The position numbers and the translations under genes were made by a program. The notes below the pieces were generated by a model that was given only the letters and a program-made list of their open reading frames with translations, was not told the origin of the DNA and made no database searches. From a virus (taxonomy: Duplodnaviria > Caudoviricetes), in IMG/VR virus record IMGVR_UViG_3300035135_002180, positions 1-36,268 of that record: a stretch of 36,268 nt of DNA. One strand, written 5' to 3'. Shown here piece by piece: positions 1 through 7,741 of this stretch (positions are counted from its first letter, which is position 1; each line of letters opens with the position of its first letter).

Positions 1-259
1 AAGCATGATCCCATAGCTCCTTTATATCCCACAGTGTTGCGCAACTGCCTATTTCATTCAGAGAAATTTTTAATCCATTCATAGATCTGACATTTCTCCT
101 TATAAAATACCATGCTTCTTGTCTAGCTTCTACTAAAGGCCTCTTTCTTCCTCTCTTGAATAAAGCATGAGGGAAGAGCCCGTGCCATTCACAGACTCTT
201 TCCACTACAGCCTTGACCTTTTCGTTTCTTTTTCCTATTATATTAGAAAGGGAGGTCAT
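1..259 (-). CDS. DnaA domain IV (Bac_DnaA_C)-like helix-turn-helix DNA-binding protein, partial (runs off the window)
   Basis: Not in the ORF track. Manual translation from ATG 259, which overlaps the SSB end: MTSLSNIIGKRNEKVKAVVERVCEWHGLFPHALFKRGRKRPLVEARQEAWYFIRRNVRSMNGLKISLNEIGSCATLWDIKELWDHA. The pattern R-x-R-x-x-V-x-ARQ...Y...SL-x-EIG...DH matches DnaA domain IV. Confidence 0.7.
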   Translation of the reverse strand, partial: MTSLSNIIGKRNEKVKAVVERVCEWHGLFPHALFKRGRKRPLVEARQEAWYFIRRNVRSMNGLKISLNEIGSCATLWDIKELWDHA

Positions 260-572
260 CTGCTACTTCATTTGGTTCTCCTGCAGGCTCAAAATTTGCT
301 CCTTTTGGTGCAGGTTGTGACATTTCTCTTGAAGTTTTTGGAGTTAATCCGTCTGTCCAATAAGTTGATCCATTGCCCAACCATATAGGTGCTTCATCAG
401 GATTGTTTTTGTCTTTAGAAAACTTTACAGAAATGTTCTGATTATATTGATCGACCTCGTCTTTGACTGCGATCTCTAAATTTGCCCACTTCTCGCCTTT
501 TTTTGACGTAGAAATTTTTGCTTGATTTTGACCAAGTTTGGTCAGGTTAATTGAAATGTTTGCTTTGATCAT
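243..572 (-). CDS. ssb: single-stranded DNA-binding protein (Bacteroidota phage type)
   Basis: 109 aa beta-rich N-terminus with an acidic tail ending DDLPF; downstream of exonuclease and ERF genes. Confidence 0.75.
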   Translation of the reverse strand: MIKANISINLTKLGQNQAKISTSKKGEKWANLEIAVKDEVDQYNQNISVKFSKDKNNPDEAPIWLGNGSTYWTDGLTPKTSREMSQPAPKGANFEPAGEPNEVADDLPF

Positions 573-577
573 AATTA

Positions 578-629
578 AAAAATAAATAAATAAAAATAAA
601 TAAATATGATGATACTACTTATTATCATC
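578..629 (-). terminator. hairpin plus T-rich tract between exonuclease and ssb (weak terminator or attenuator)
   Basis: Inverted repeat GATGATA 608-614 / TATCATC 623-629, followed on the minus strand by (TTTA)n/T runs. Confidence 0.35.
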
Positions 630-647
630 GGTTCTACACTGTCGTTT

Positions 648-1376
648 TTAAATGATCCCATACTCAACAAATTGAGTTGGATCAATCGTTTTATTGACGT
701 ACATGTCAAGATAATTCTGTTCAGCCTCCATAGCTTTCATCTTGCCTTTTTCTAATGTTTCGTCAGAGACGTCAATTTGTTTCATTCTTAGTGATCCTTT
801 TTCGATCACAAAAAACATTACATCAAGATTAAATAATTCTCGATATATCCAAGCTTGGCTATCATAATTATAAAGCCTAGCTTTACTTCCAAAAGCATCT
901 ATATTACTTGTGGTTTTTAAATCAATAATTTTATTTACCACAGGGCTTATAATATCTGCTTTTCCTTTCCAAAGAACACCATTGCCAAATATATCTTTGA
1001 TCATTGGCTCTTCATAAATATTTTTGTCGTCAAACAAAATGTCTGCTGCTTTAGTTTGCCTCAGAGTTTTTGAAATTAATTTACATTGTTCCATTTCTTT
1101 AGCAAGAAGAACGTGACCGTCTATTTCTTTTTGACGATATATCTTTGTATTACGACTTGATGCATCGATCGATGTCAAATCGGTTTTACCAAAGAATGTT
1201 AGTTCATGGACTGCATTACCCATTATCATGTCCACTGTTTTCTCAGTTTCCTTTTTGAAATCTTTAGGGTTCTTTCTTAAAACTTCTATATTGGAATTAG
1301 ATAAATATTTTTTACCTATACCATTGTAATACTCCTCATCTATACGAAGAGTATTAATTATTTCTTTATATTTCAT
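648..1376 (-). CDS. PD-(D/E)XK exonuclease, RecE/exonuclease VIII (DUF3799)-like
   Basis: Motifs EEYY..., LSNS, GNAVH, KGKAD, IIDLKTT, YDSQAWIY; adjacent to ERF and SSB. Confidence 0.85.
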   Translation of the reverse strand: MKYKEIINTLRIDEEYYNGIGKKYLSNSNIEVLRKNPKDFKKETEKTVDMIMGNAVHELTFFGKTDLTSIDASSRNTKIYRQKEIDGHVLLAKEMEQCKLISKTLRQTKAADILFDDKNIYEEPMIKDIFGNGVLWKGKADIISPVVNKIIDLKTTSNIDAFGSKARLYNYDSQAWIYRELFNLDVMFFVIEKGSLRMKQIDVSDETLEKGKMKAMEAEQNYLDMYVNKTIDPTQFVEYGII

Positions 1377-1391
1377 TTGGATGTTTTATAA

Positions 1392-1892
1392 TTAAATTTT
1401 GAATTTATCTCTTATTAGTTTCCTATGTTCAGGAATTACGGTTCTGGTTTGTAAAGCTTTTTTCGCTTCTTCTACAGTTCCATTCTTCAGAAGATATTGA
1501 AGTCCATCGTTTGAAAGCATTTGTTTTTTAACTGCAGAATTTATGGTTGAATTACCATCATCATCTTCAGCTTGTAATGCTAACAATGAAGCGAGGCTAT
1601 AACGTCTGTAATATGTTATTGCTCCTCCCATTTTTTGAGGATCAGGAATATCGGAAAGAGGTATGCCTCCTTCAACGAAATTACCTGTTTCAACATCTAC
1701 AAGTCTAGTCATCACAGTTCCGTTATCAATAGGCTGTAAAAGTAATATCTTATGCTCCTTTAAAAGTGGCAAAACTTGTGCTATAAGACTGTTAATGTCA
1801 AAATATTTTGATTTGTAAAAAGGATTTTTTTGGTCCTTTGATATTGCTCCAATTTTTTGTTGGATATCGAATAATTTAGAATAAATACTCAT
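1392..1892 (-). CDS. erf: ERF-family single-strand annealing protein (recombinase)
   Basis: KNPFYKSKY and PQKMGGAITYYRRYSLASLLAL...EDDDGN, the ERF signature. Confidence 0.9.
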   Translation of the reverse strand: MSIYSKLFDIQQKIGAISKDQKNPFYKSKYFDINSLIAQVLPLLKEHKILLLQPIDNGTVMTRLVDVETGNFVEGGIPLSDIPDPQKMGGAITYYRRYSLASLLALQAEDDDGNSTINSAVKKQMLSNDGLQYLLKNGTVEEAKKALQTRTVIPEHRKLIRDKFKI

Positions 1893-2038
1893 ATTTCAAT
1901 AATTTTATTTGTTTTAGTGTCTATAATTTCCTGATGCTCCCCTCTGAAAGCGATACGTTTTGCATCACTGATTGTTTCGGCGTACCATGTTTCATCGTCG
2001 CCTTCGCCTCCGTGGTAAATATTTATTTTGTATCTCAT
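1889..2038 (-). CDS. hypothetical protein (49 aa)
   Basis: Not in the ORF track: MRYKINIYHGGEGDDETWYAETISDAKRIAFRGEHQEIIDTKTNKIIEI. ATGA overlaps with both neighbours fill the gap exactly. Confidence 0.7.
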   Translation of the reverse strand: MRYKINIYHGGEGDDETWYAETISDAKRIAFRGEHQEIIDTKTNKIIEI

Positions 2039-2457
2039 GAGTTTAAAATTAACTTTTTTGTATGTTTTAATTGTCTCATTTTAGATATTAATTGCGTTAT
2101 TTCTAATTCTTTTTCTTTGTATTTTTTAAATGCGCCTCGAGATTTATTCAAATATAAATGCTCTCTCAGTGCTTTTAATTTACTCCATGACCTTGTATAC
2201 GCAATTTTTCTAATACCCTCTAAAACACCATCTTTTAAGATTGTGTCGATGTCTTGGTCTGTTATATCCGGATATAGATTTGAATCAGTGTATACTGCGT
2301 TCAATTCTCCTCCCTCAATAGTTACCTTCATGTATGGCATTATAAATCCAATCTCACCTGTAAATACATTTATCACGTGAGGCGCACTGTAATCGGCTAA
2401 CTTCGCCCACAGTTTTTCTTTTTTGGTGGTTGATTCCACATTAACTAATTTTTCCAT
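2035..2457 (-). CDS. hypothetical protein
   Basis: 140 aa ORF tiled in the minus-strand operon with overlapping starts and stops. Confidence 0.7.
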   Translation of the reverse strand: MEKLVNVESTTKKEKLWAKLADYSAPHVINVFTGEIGFIMPYMKVTIEGGELNAVYTDSNLYPDITDQDIDTILKDGVLEGIRKIAYTRSWSKLKALREHLYLNKSRGAFKKYKEKELEITQLISKMRQLKHTKKLILNS

Positions 2458-2684
2458 TTGTTTAAAACTAGATTTACGATATCAAGTATTTCATTATAAT
2501 AATATTTCGAGCGATTAGCTGTGATATCATTCAACACATCGCTGTCATCAGGTTTTATATTGAAAGTTTTTACTTCCATTTCTACCCGTTCATCTACGAT
2601 TGAGCTTATTCTATCGTATACTTCACTAAAGACTTTCATGTTGTCTCCTTTGCTGAGTTTTTCAGAATGTAATATATCTCTCAT
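2445..2684 (-). CDS. hypothetical protein
   Basis: 79 aa ORF in the operon. Confidence 0.65.
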   Translation of the reverse strand: MRDILHSEKLSKGDNMKVFSEVYDRISSIVDERVEMEVKTFNIKPDDSDVLNDITANRSKYYYNEILDIVNLVLNKWKN

Positions 2685-2848
2685 ATACCATATCTTTTTA
2701 ATGTTTCTACAAATAACATTGCTTCATCTTTAGTATCAAAATCTTTATACCCAGCTCTTATTTTATCACAGCAAGCCCAATGAACTCTTACTGTATTAAA
2801 TATTGTTTCTTTTAATTTAAACTTAATTGATTCATCTGTTTTTATCAT
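2681..2848 (-). CDS. hypothetical protein (55 aa)
   Basis: Not in the ORF track: MIKTDESIKFKLKETIFNTVRVHWACCDKIRAGYKDFDTKDEAMLFVETLKRYGI, with an ATGA overlap into the next gene. Confidence 0.65.
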   Translation of the reverse strand: MIKTDESIKFKLKETIFNTVRVHWACCDKIRAGYKDFDTKDEAMLFVETLKRYGI

Positions 2849-2853
2849 ATTCT

Positions 2854-3213
2854 TTATTTAATTTTATTCTCGTTTTCTATTCTTTTTATTTCTTCAAGTT
2901 CTTTTTCATCTGAGTCACCCATATAATGAACATCATTTTTTTCATCATATAAATAGTATTTCTTATCTTCACATACAAGATTAGCTAAAGCATATTCTAA
3001 ATCAACCCACTGATCTGATCCCCATAAAAGTATTTGTGAAGTTTCATCAAAATCTTTGTTGTGTATGTCGTTGCCATTTTCATCGCCAACGTACTCGCCC
3101 ACAAAAATACTATCGGGGCGTTTCCAATAGTCGTTTTTACCATAGGAAAACTTAATTTGTTTACCTATTAGTTTTTCTAATTCTGAATAGTAAAGTTTAT
3201 TTATATGTTTCAT
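2854..3213 (-). CDS. hypothetical protein, first gene after a putative promoter
   Basis: 119 aa acidic ORF. Confidence 0.7.
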   Translation of the reverse strand: MKHINKLYYSELEKLIGKQIKFSYGKNDYWKRPDSIFVGEYVGDENGNDIHNKDFDETSQILLWGSDQWVDLEYALANLVCEDKKYYLYDEKNDVHYMGDSDEKELEEIKRIENENKIK

Positions 3214-3231
3214 AAATCTGAATATTTTATG

Positions 3232-3263
3232 TAAATATAATCAATGTTATCCACAAATACAAG
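3232..3263 (-). promoter_or_regulatory. Bacteroidota-type promoter with a DnaA box in its spacer
   Basis: Minus strand reads TTG-N20-TATATTTA, a near match to TTTG-N19-21-TAnnTTTG. A perfect TTATCCACA lies at 3247-3255. Confidence 0.5.
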
Positions 3264-3305
3264 TTAATAAGCATTAATTTTTATAAACTCGCCACATTCG
3301 ACACT

Positions 3306-3337
3306 GCCCTGCGTCGCCCTGCGTCGCCCTGCGTCGC
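3306..3337. repeat. GC-rich tandem repeat (GCCCTGCGTC)x3
   Basis: Exact 10-bp units at 3306, 3316 and 3326. Confidence 0.95.
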
Positions 3338-3354
3338 GCGTGATGATAGTGAAT

Positions 3355-3387
3355 CAACAAAAGATGTAATAAAAAGTTACATCTCTT
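3355..3387 (-). terminator. putative intrinsic terminator after the 569-aa gene
   Basis: AGATGTAA 3362-3369 / TTACATCT 3377-3384 stem, followed on the minus strand by TTTGTTG. Confidence 0.45.
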
Positions 3388-3482
3388 ATTTTAATTACTT
3401 AATAAGTAAATAAACAAAGTAATAAGTATAATAATACATATTACATTAAAAAATATATCTGAGAACTTGTTTCTAGGCATAA

Positions 3483-5192
3483 TTATATAGTTAAGGATTC
3501 AAAAGTTAATGGATAATGTTCAGCAATAGCACACATAGTTTCATGTATTTCTGTTGAGTAATTATCATTAATATCAATAATTATTTCTTCATTATTAAGA
3601 GTTTTAATAATTATTTGAATTACATGATAATTTGGTTCGGGTGATGCATTTTTGTTTCTAATATGTGAATACACACGATCCATAAATTGTTCCCAACAAT
3701 TTCTTGTATACCTTTGATGTAGTGATGCAACTAAATACCCTCCATCATGATTTTCATCTCTACTTTTAAAATCAATACGTAAAATTGGATCTTCACAATA
3801 GAATGGAACTGGTGCATATCTAGAAGTAACATCAGATTCAGGAACTATAAGATTTTCATGTTCGTTATTGTAAACTTCTATTATTTCATCGTAATGTGTA
3901 TATTGATCTATATAACTTCCAAAAGTAATTTTAACTGCATCATCATAATGTATATATGATGATATATGTTCACACCATGTAGCGTCATTTTCAAGAAAAT
4001 CACAGTCAGAATATTCTGAATATACTGTACAATCCGAACAGTATCTTTCATCATTTACCCATACTGAATCATCATCTTCAACATCAGAACCACAATTATT
4101 ACAAGAATAAGTATTATCATTAATATAGCCTTCTGTGCTATCAAGTATACAACCTTGACCATGATTTTTTAAACATGATTCATCCCAATCGATTCTGTTA
4201 AATGTATCCATATAAGGATATTCATCAAAGTTTATATTATCAAGATTCATACGACATCTTTTAACACATAGTTCGTAATCACCAGGAACACGCCATGTAT
4301 CATTTTCTTGAAATGTTTGTCGATTTTTATATACCCATTTTTTGTTTTGAGCATATATTTTAAATTTTTGAATAATATGATCTTTACCATATATTCTATC
4401 CATTATATAATCAACACCATCCCAATAGTTTCTGTTCCACATTTTTCTTGGCCATAGTAGTGCTCTACCATGAAGTTTATTTTCTGAATCAATAGCTATT
4501 AACATTTCTACAGGATTATCTCTATAAATATGTAAATAAGGTTGACATTTTCCATAACGCATACAACTACTTCCTAAAGAACCTGTATTACTAGCGTAGT
4601 TCGTACCATGATACCAATATAATATATCACTACCAGAAACAATTTTGAATTCTAAATTAGGATCAAGTTTTGCTTTTACTTGATTAACCATTGATTCAAT
4701 ATCTGAATCAGTTTTCTTTATAAGCCATGGTAAATTTTTAATTGCTTTACCTGCATTCATTACTTGATTGTTACCGTTTTCATCTTGGTATGTTGCTTCA
4801 ACTGCATTGCCATTCATTCTAAAATCTATACTATTATTTATAAAGAAAGGTATTTTCATACGATTCATATATTCTAGTTCCATACCATTTACACATAATG
4901 GGTCATAATTTTGAGAAAGAAATAAGTAATTTCTTGAATCATCATAAAACCATAATGCTGATTTATGATCATATAGTTTGTAATTAAATACAACCATATT
5001 TTTATGTTCAATATATTTGAACGATGGTGGTAGATCATCTTTAGTCATAATATCATTTTCGATCCAATTACCAAACCATCTGCATAATCTATCATCAGAA
5101 TAGATACTATTATCACCTCTTTCAATCAGAAGATTTAGAAGGAAGTCTGAAAGTTTGTACAGGTGTTTCCATTGTTGTAGATTTAGTCTCAT
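3483..5192 (-). CDS. uncharacterised phage protein with SCM/GRALLW/MDRIY/PYMDT core and Cys-rich zinc-ribbon region
   Basis: 569 aa with GSSCMRY, GRALLW, IMDRIYG and YPYMDTF, then CNNC...CSDC and acidic repeats. Confidence 0.75.
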   Translation of the reverse strand: MRLNLQQWKHLYKLSDFLLNLLIERGDNSIYSDDRLCRWFGNWIENDIMTKDDLPPSFKYIEHKNMVVFNYKLYDHKSALWFYDDSRNYLFLSQNYDPLCVNGMELEYMNRMKIPFFINNSIDFRMNGNAVEATYQDENGNNQVMNAGKAIKNLPWLIKKTDSDIESMVNQVKAKLDPNLEFKIVSGSDILYWYHGTNYASNTGSLGSSCMRYGKCQPYLHIYRDNPVEMLIAIDSENKLHGRALLWPRKMWNRNYWDGVDYIMDRIYGKDHIIQKFKIYAQNKKWVYKNRQTFQENDTWRVPGDYELCVKRCRMNLDNINFDEYPYMDTFNRIDWDESCLKNHGQGCILDSTEGYINDNTYSCNNCGSDVEDDDSVWVNDERYCSDCTVYSEYSDCDFLENDATWCEHISSYIHYDDAVKITFGSYIDQYTHYDEIIEVYNNEHENLIVPESDVTSRYAPVPFYCEDPILRIDFKSRDENHDGGYLVASLHQRYTRNCWEQFMDRVYSHIRNKNASPEPNYHVIQIIIKTLNNEEIIIDINDNYSTEIHETMCAIAEHYPLTFESLTI

Positions 5193-6177
5193 CTATATCA
5201 TTATTATAAAATTCATACATTTCATCAACATGCATCATGCAACTATCGCAAAAACCATTTCGCATTGCGCATTTTGATCCACATGTTTTTTTCACTGATT
5301 CTTCTAGTTCATCAGAAGTCAGATCATATACATCCTCATAGTTTTCATAATACATATCGTATCCATGACCCCAATTATTATAGTTACCATAATTATAACC
5401 TTTGAAATAAGAAGTTCTTTTTTTATTGTAACTATGTTTAACATTAATGTATTTAAATATATCTCTACATAGTTGATATGTATTAATAACATCATTTATA
5501 TTGATGTACTCTTGATCAGAGTGTGGTTTGTAATATCCACATGACATATTTGCAACAGGTAAATCTGTTTCATAAGCTATTTCTAAAACATCTGTCATAC
5601 CACCGCTACATGTAGTTCTGTTATGTTTTTGTAATATAACTTTGATAGCTTCAGCAAAATTATTATCATACAGTTCTGTGCCAGATATACTGTTTACAAA
5701 GTCTGTGTCACCTCTTCGATCACATTCAAGAACAAATAAACAATCATTAAAAAATTTAAAGTCACAACTTGATGAGCCAATACAACCTACTTCTTCATCA
5801 AGAAAGAAAACAGCTTTCATGTTGTCACGTTCTTTAAGTAATTCAAGAGTTATGTGAATACCAACTTTGTCATCACCACCAGTACCAACTTGTTCCATAC
5901 TTATAGTTTTGAAAGCCACAATATTACCTTTGATTATAGCTGATGCTATAGGTTCTTTTACAATATCATGCACTGTATCAGTATGACATACCATAGCTGG
6001 ATATGGACCAGAGCCCTTTGTTACATACATGTTACCATAATCATCGAAGGTAATAGTACAGCCACCAATTGACTGCACTACACCTTTGATGTAACGCATC
6101 ATAACTTTTGTTTGATATGATGCTGATTGAATAGTAACAAGTTTACAAAGATTTTTAGTAAACTTAGACCTGTTCAT
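5122..6177 (-). CDS. M28/M20-clan zinc metallopeptidase with C-terminal CxxC ribbon
   Basis: CHTDTVH, GGDDKVG, DEEVGCIGS, ECDRRG and GYYKPHS metal-ligand motifs. ATG at 6177 (the track starts at GTG 6186). Confidence 0.85.
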   Translation of the reverse strand: MNRSKFTKNLCKLVTIQSASYQTKVMMRYIKGVVQSIGGCTITFDDYGNMYVTKGSGPYPAMVCHTDTVHDIVKEPIASAIIKGNIVAFKTISMEQVGTGGDDKVGIHITLELLKERDNMKAVFFLDEEVGCIGSSSCDFKFFNDCLFVLECDRRGDTDFVNSISGTELYDNNFAEAIKVILQKHNRTTCSGGMTDVLEIAYETDLPVANMSCGYYKPHSDQEYININDVINTYQLCRDIFKYINVKHSYNKKRTSYFKGYNYGNYNNWGHGYDMYYENYEDVYDLTSDELEESVKKTCGSKCAMRNGFCDSCMMHVDEMYEFYNNDIDETKSTTMETPVQTFRLPSKSSD

Positions 6178-6574
6178 ACTTCGCACTTGTTAAATCGTTA
6201 ACAGTAATACTATCTGTTTCAAACAAAACTGTGTTATAAAACTTGTGAATTACATCAATTTGTTCATCATTGAATATGTCATTGATTACAGACCATGCAG
6301 TGTTCATATCTTTGAAACCAATTACTCTTGGTTTTAGATATACTCTGCCCTTAGTTTGTGTCACAGGTTTATCGAATTTACCCTTACGTTTTAGTAACCT
6401 ATATTTATCTACTATATATTTAGCAACATGATATTTTAACCCATGTTTTTTAGCAACAGCAGATATACTAGACTGTAAAGATTCATCACCTAATTGTTTT
6501 ACATATGCATCACTGTATTTGTGTGCAAAGTTTCCTACACGTTTTTTACGCATAGGTCTTTTAGAATTATTCAT
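6164..6574 (-). CDS. putative HTH DNA-binding protein
   Basis: KYSDAYVKQL...SISAVAKKHGLKYHVAKYIVDKY is helix-turn-helix-like; basic N-terminus. Confidence 0.55.
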   Translation of the reverse strand: MNNSKRPMRKKRVGNFAHKYSDAYVKQLGDESLQSSISAVAKKHGLKYHVAKYIVDKYRLLKRKGKFDKPVTQTKGRVYLKPRVIGFKDMNTAWSVINDIFNDEQIDVIHKFYNTVLFETDSITVNDLTSAKYEQV

Positions 6575-6588
6575 AATATATAAATTTT

Positions 6589-6647
6589 GTCAGGACGTCT
6601 CGCAGCCTGACTGTTAGAAATATAACGACACGAGACTTGAAGTCGTT
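6589..6647 (-). ncRNA. cis-acting structured RNA motif, copy A (two hairpins with a 6-bp kissing loop)
   Basis: Stems 6589-6594/6606-6611 and 6624-6629/6642-6647; loop-loop complement GTCTCG 6597-6602 / CGAGAC 6631-6636. Covaries with copy B. Confidence 0.75.
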
Positions 6648-6652
6648 TTGTT

Positions 6653-6934
6653 TTAAGATGTTGCAAGATCAATCAATTCTCTTACTGTGCTTGCACTCGC
6701 TTCTTGTTGTTCAGCTTTGCTTTGTTCTATTTTAGAACGCAGTAACCAGTCAGGAATCATAGCTTGTATATCACAAGGAACCTCAAGTTCAGCAACGTTT
6801 ACATCATTTAGCAGTTGTAATTGAGATGTTGCTAGATATGCTGAGTCGATGATAGTGATACCATCTAGTTTGATATCTTCTGCATATATACTCATACCAA
6901 CTTGATTGATGAAAGTAAATTCTATTTTTATCAT
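6653..6934 (-). CDS. hypothetical early protein
   Basis: 93 aa ORF with an AT-rich start region, flanked by both RNA motif copies. Confidence 0.7.
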   Translation of the reverse strand: MIKIEFTFINQVGMSIYAEDIKLDGITIIDSAYLATSQLQLLNDVNVAELEVPCDIQAMIPDWLLRSKIEQSKAEQQEASASTVRELIDLATS

Positions 6935-6949
6935 AATTTTTAAAATAAA

Positions 6950-7013
6950 CCAGGATAACTAGCAACCTGGATGTTAAACAAATCCGAATCTCTGACTAGT
7001 TTTGAACAGAGAT
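6950..7013 (-). ncRNA. cis-acting structured RNA motif, copy B
   Basis: Stems 6950-6954/6966-6970 and 6988-6994/7007-7013; loop-loop complement AACTAG 6957-6962 / CTAGTT 6996-7001. Loop sizes match copy A. Confidence 0.75.
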
Positions 7014-7055
7014 AAAAAGAAAAAAAAATTCATAAATTTTAACTGCGAAGCAGCA

Positions 7056-7580
7056 TTAATCAATACCGTAAGAGTAGGCATCGAATTCATCTTGTATTTC
7101 TGTACTTAGATTGATAGGTGAATCAAACATCATGTATTGAGCACCTGCCATATCAAGTCTGCGTAAATCAGATGAATGAGTCATGTCAGCCGATTGTTGT
7201 TCGATAATAGTGATAGGATCATTATCATTCTCAAACAAATCTAGTTGTTCATTGGATTGTGATCTCCAAGCTTTTAGATTAGAACCACACCATTCAGGTA
7301 TGTAGAATGTAAACCGTTTGATATGTGTTTCAGTAGATTTAGTAATAGGATTGTATACCTGTACTTCTTCTGGCTGTGCATCTGTAAATGATAGTTGCTT
7401 GCGTTGATTCTTTTTGTTGTACCATTCGAAAGGTAACCAACAATCTTTGTACTGTACTGTACGAGTAGTACCAGTTTCTGGATTAGTAACTTCACCAAAT
7501 ACGTGAGCAATACGTATTGATTGTGAGCGCTCACGTTGAACTCTTTTGACGACTGTACATGTAATAGTAGTGAATTTCAT
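7056..7580 (-). CDS. hypothetical early protein (174 aa from ATG 7580), first gene of the left arm
   Basis: ATG 7580 follows an AT-rich initiation region (the track starts at GTG 7634); acidic C-terminus. Confidence 0.7.
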   Translation of the reverse strand: MKFTTITCTVVKRVQRERSQSIRIAHVFGEVTNPETGTTRTVQYKDCWLPFEWYNKKNQRKQLSFTDAQPEEVQVYNPITKSTETHIKRFTFYIPEWCGSNLKAWRSQSNEQLDLFENDNDPITIIEQQSADMTHSSDLRRLDMAGAQYMMFDSPINLSTEIQDEFDAYSYGID

Positions 7581-7733
7581 AATAATAAATTTTTGATTAT
7601 GCTTATACTTCACAATGATAGAATATGTTATCACCGAATGGGAATGCTTGTTAGAGCAATAAACTTTTGTTTACAAAATGTTTTTGCTATGCAAGTATGA
7701 TAGCATATTGTTTCATTGTAATCTTGCTGCAAT

Positions 7734-7741
7734 CAAAAATA
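7734..7741 (-). promoter_or_regulatory. putative Bacteroidota -7 box (TATTTTTG) for the left arm
   Basis: Matches TAnnTTTG on the minus strand, about 150 bp upstream of ATG 7580. Confidence 0.35.

Noticed and set aside
167-388. 73-aa plus-strand ORF
   Set aside because: Antisense shadow of ssb and the DnaA-like gene; no motif.
1934-2733. Plus-strand ORFs of 148 and 70 aa
   Set aside because: Antisense to a perfectly tiled minus-strand operon with ATGA overlaps.
6974-7033. 19-codon minus-strand ORF MNFFFFLSLFKTSQRFGFV over RNA motif copy B
   Set aside because: No equivalent in copy A and derived from a T run; cannot be supported as a leader peptide.
7581-7700. Third copy of the kissing-loop motif upstream of ATG 7580
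   Set aside because: TAACA is present on the minus strand, but there is no UUCAA loop, no CAGG/CCTG stem and no loop-loop complement. I found none in other intergenic gaps by eye either.
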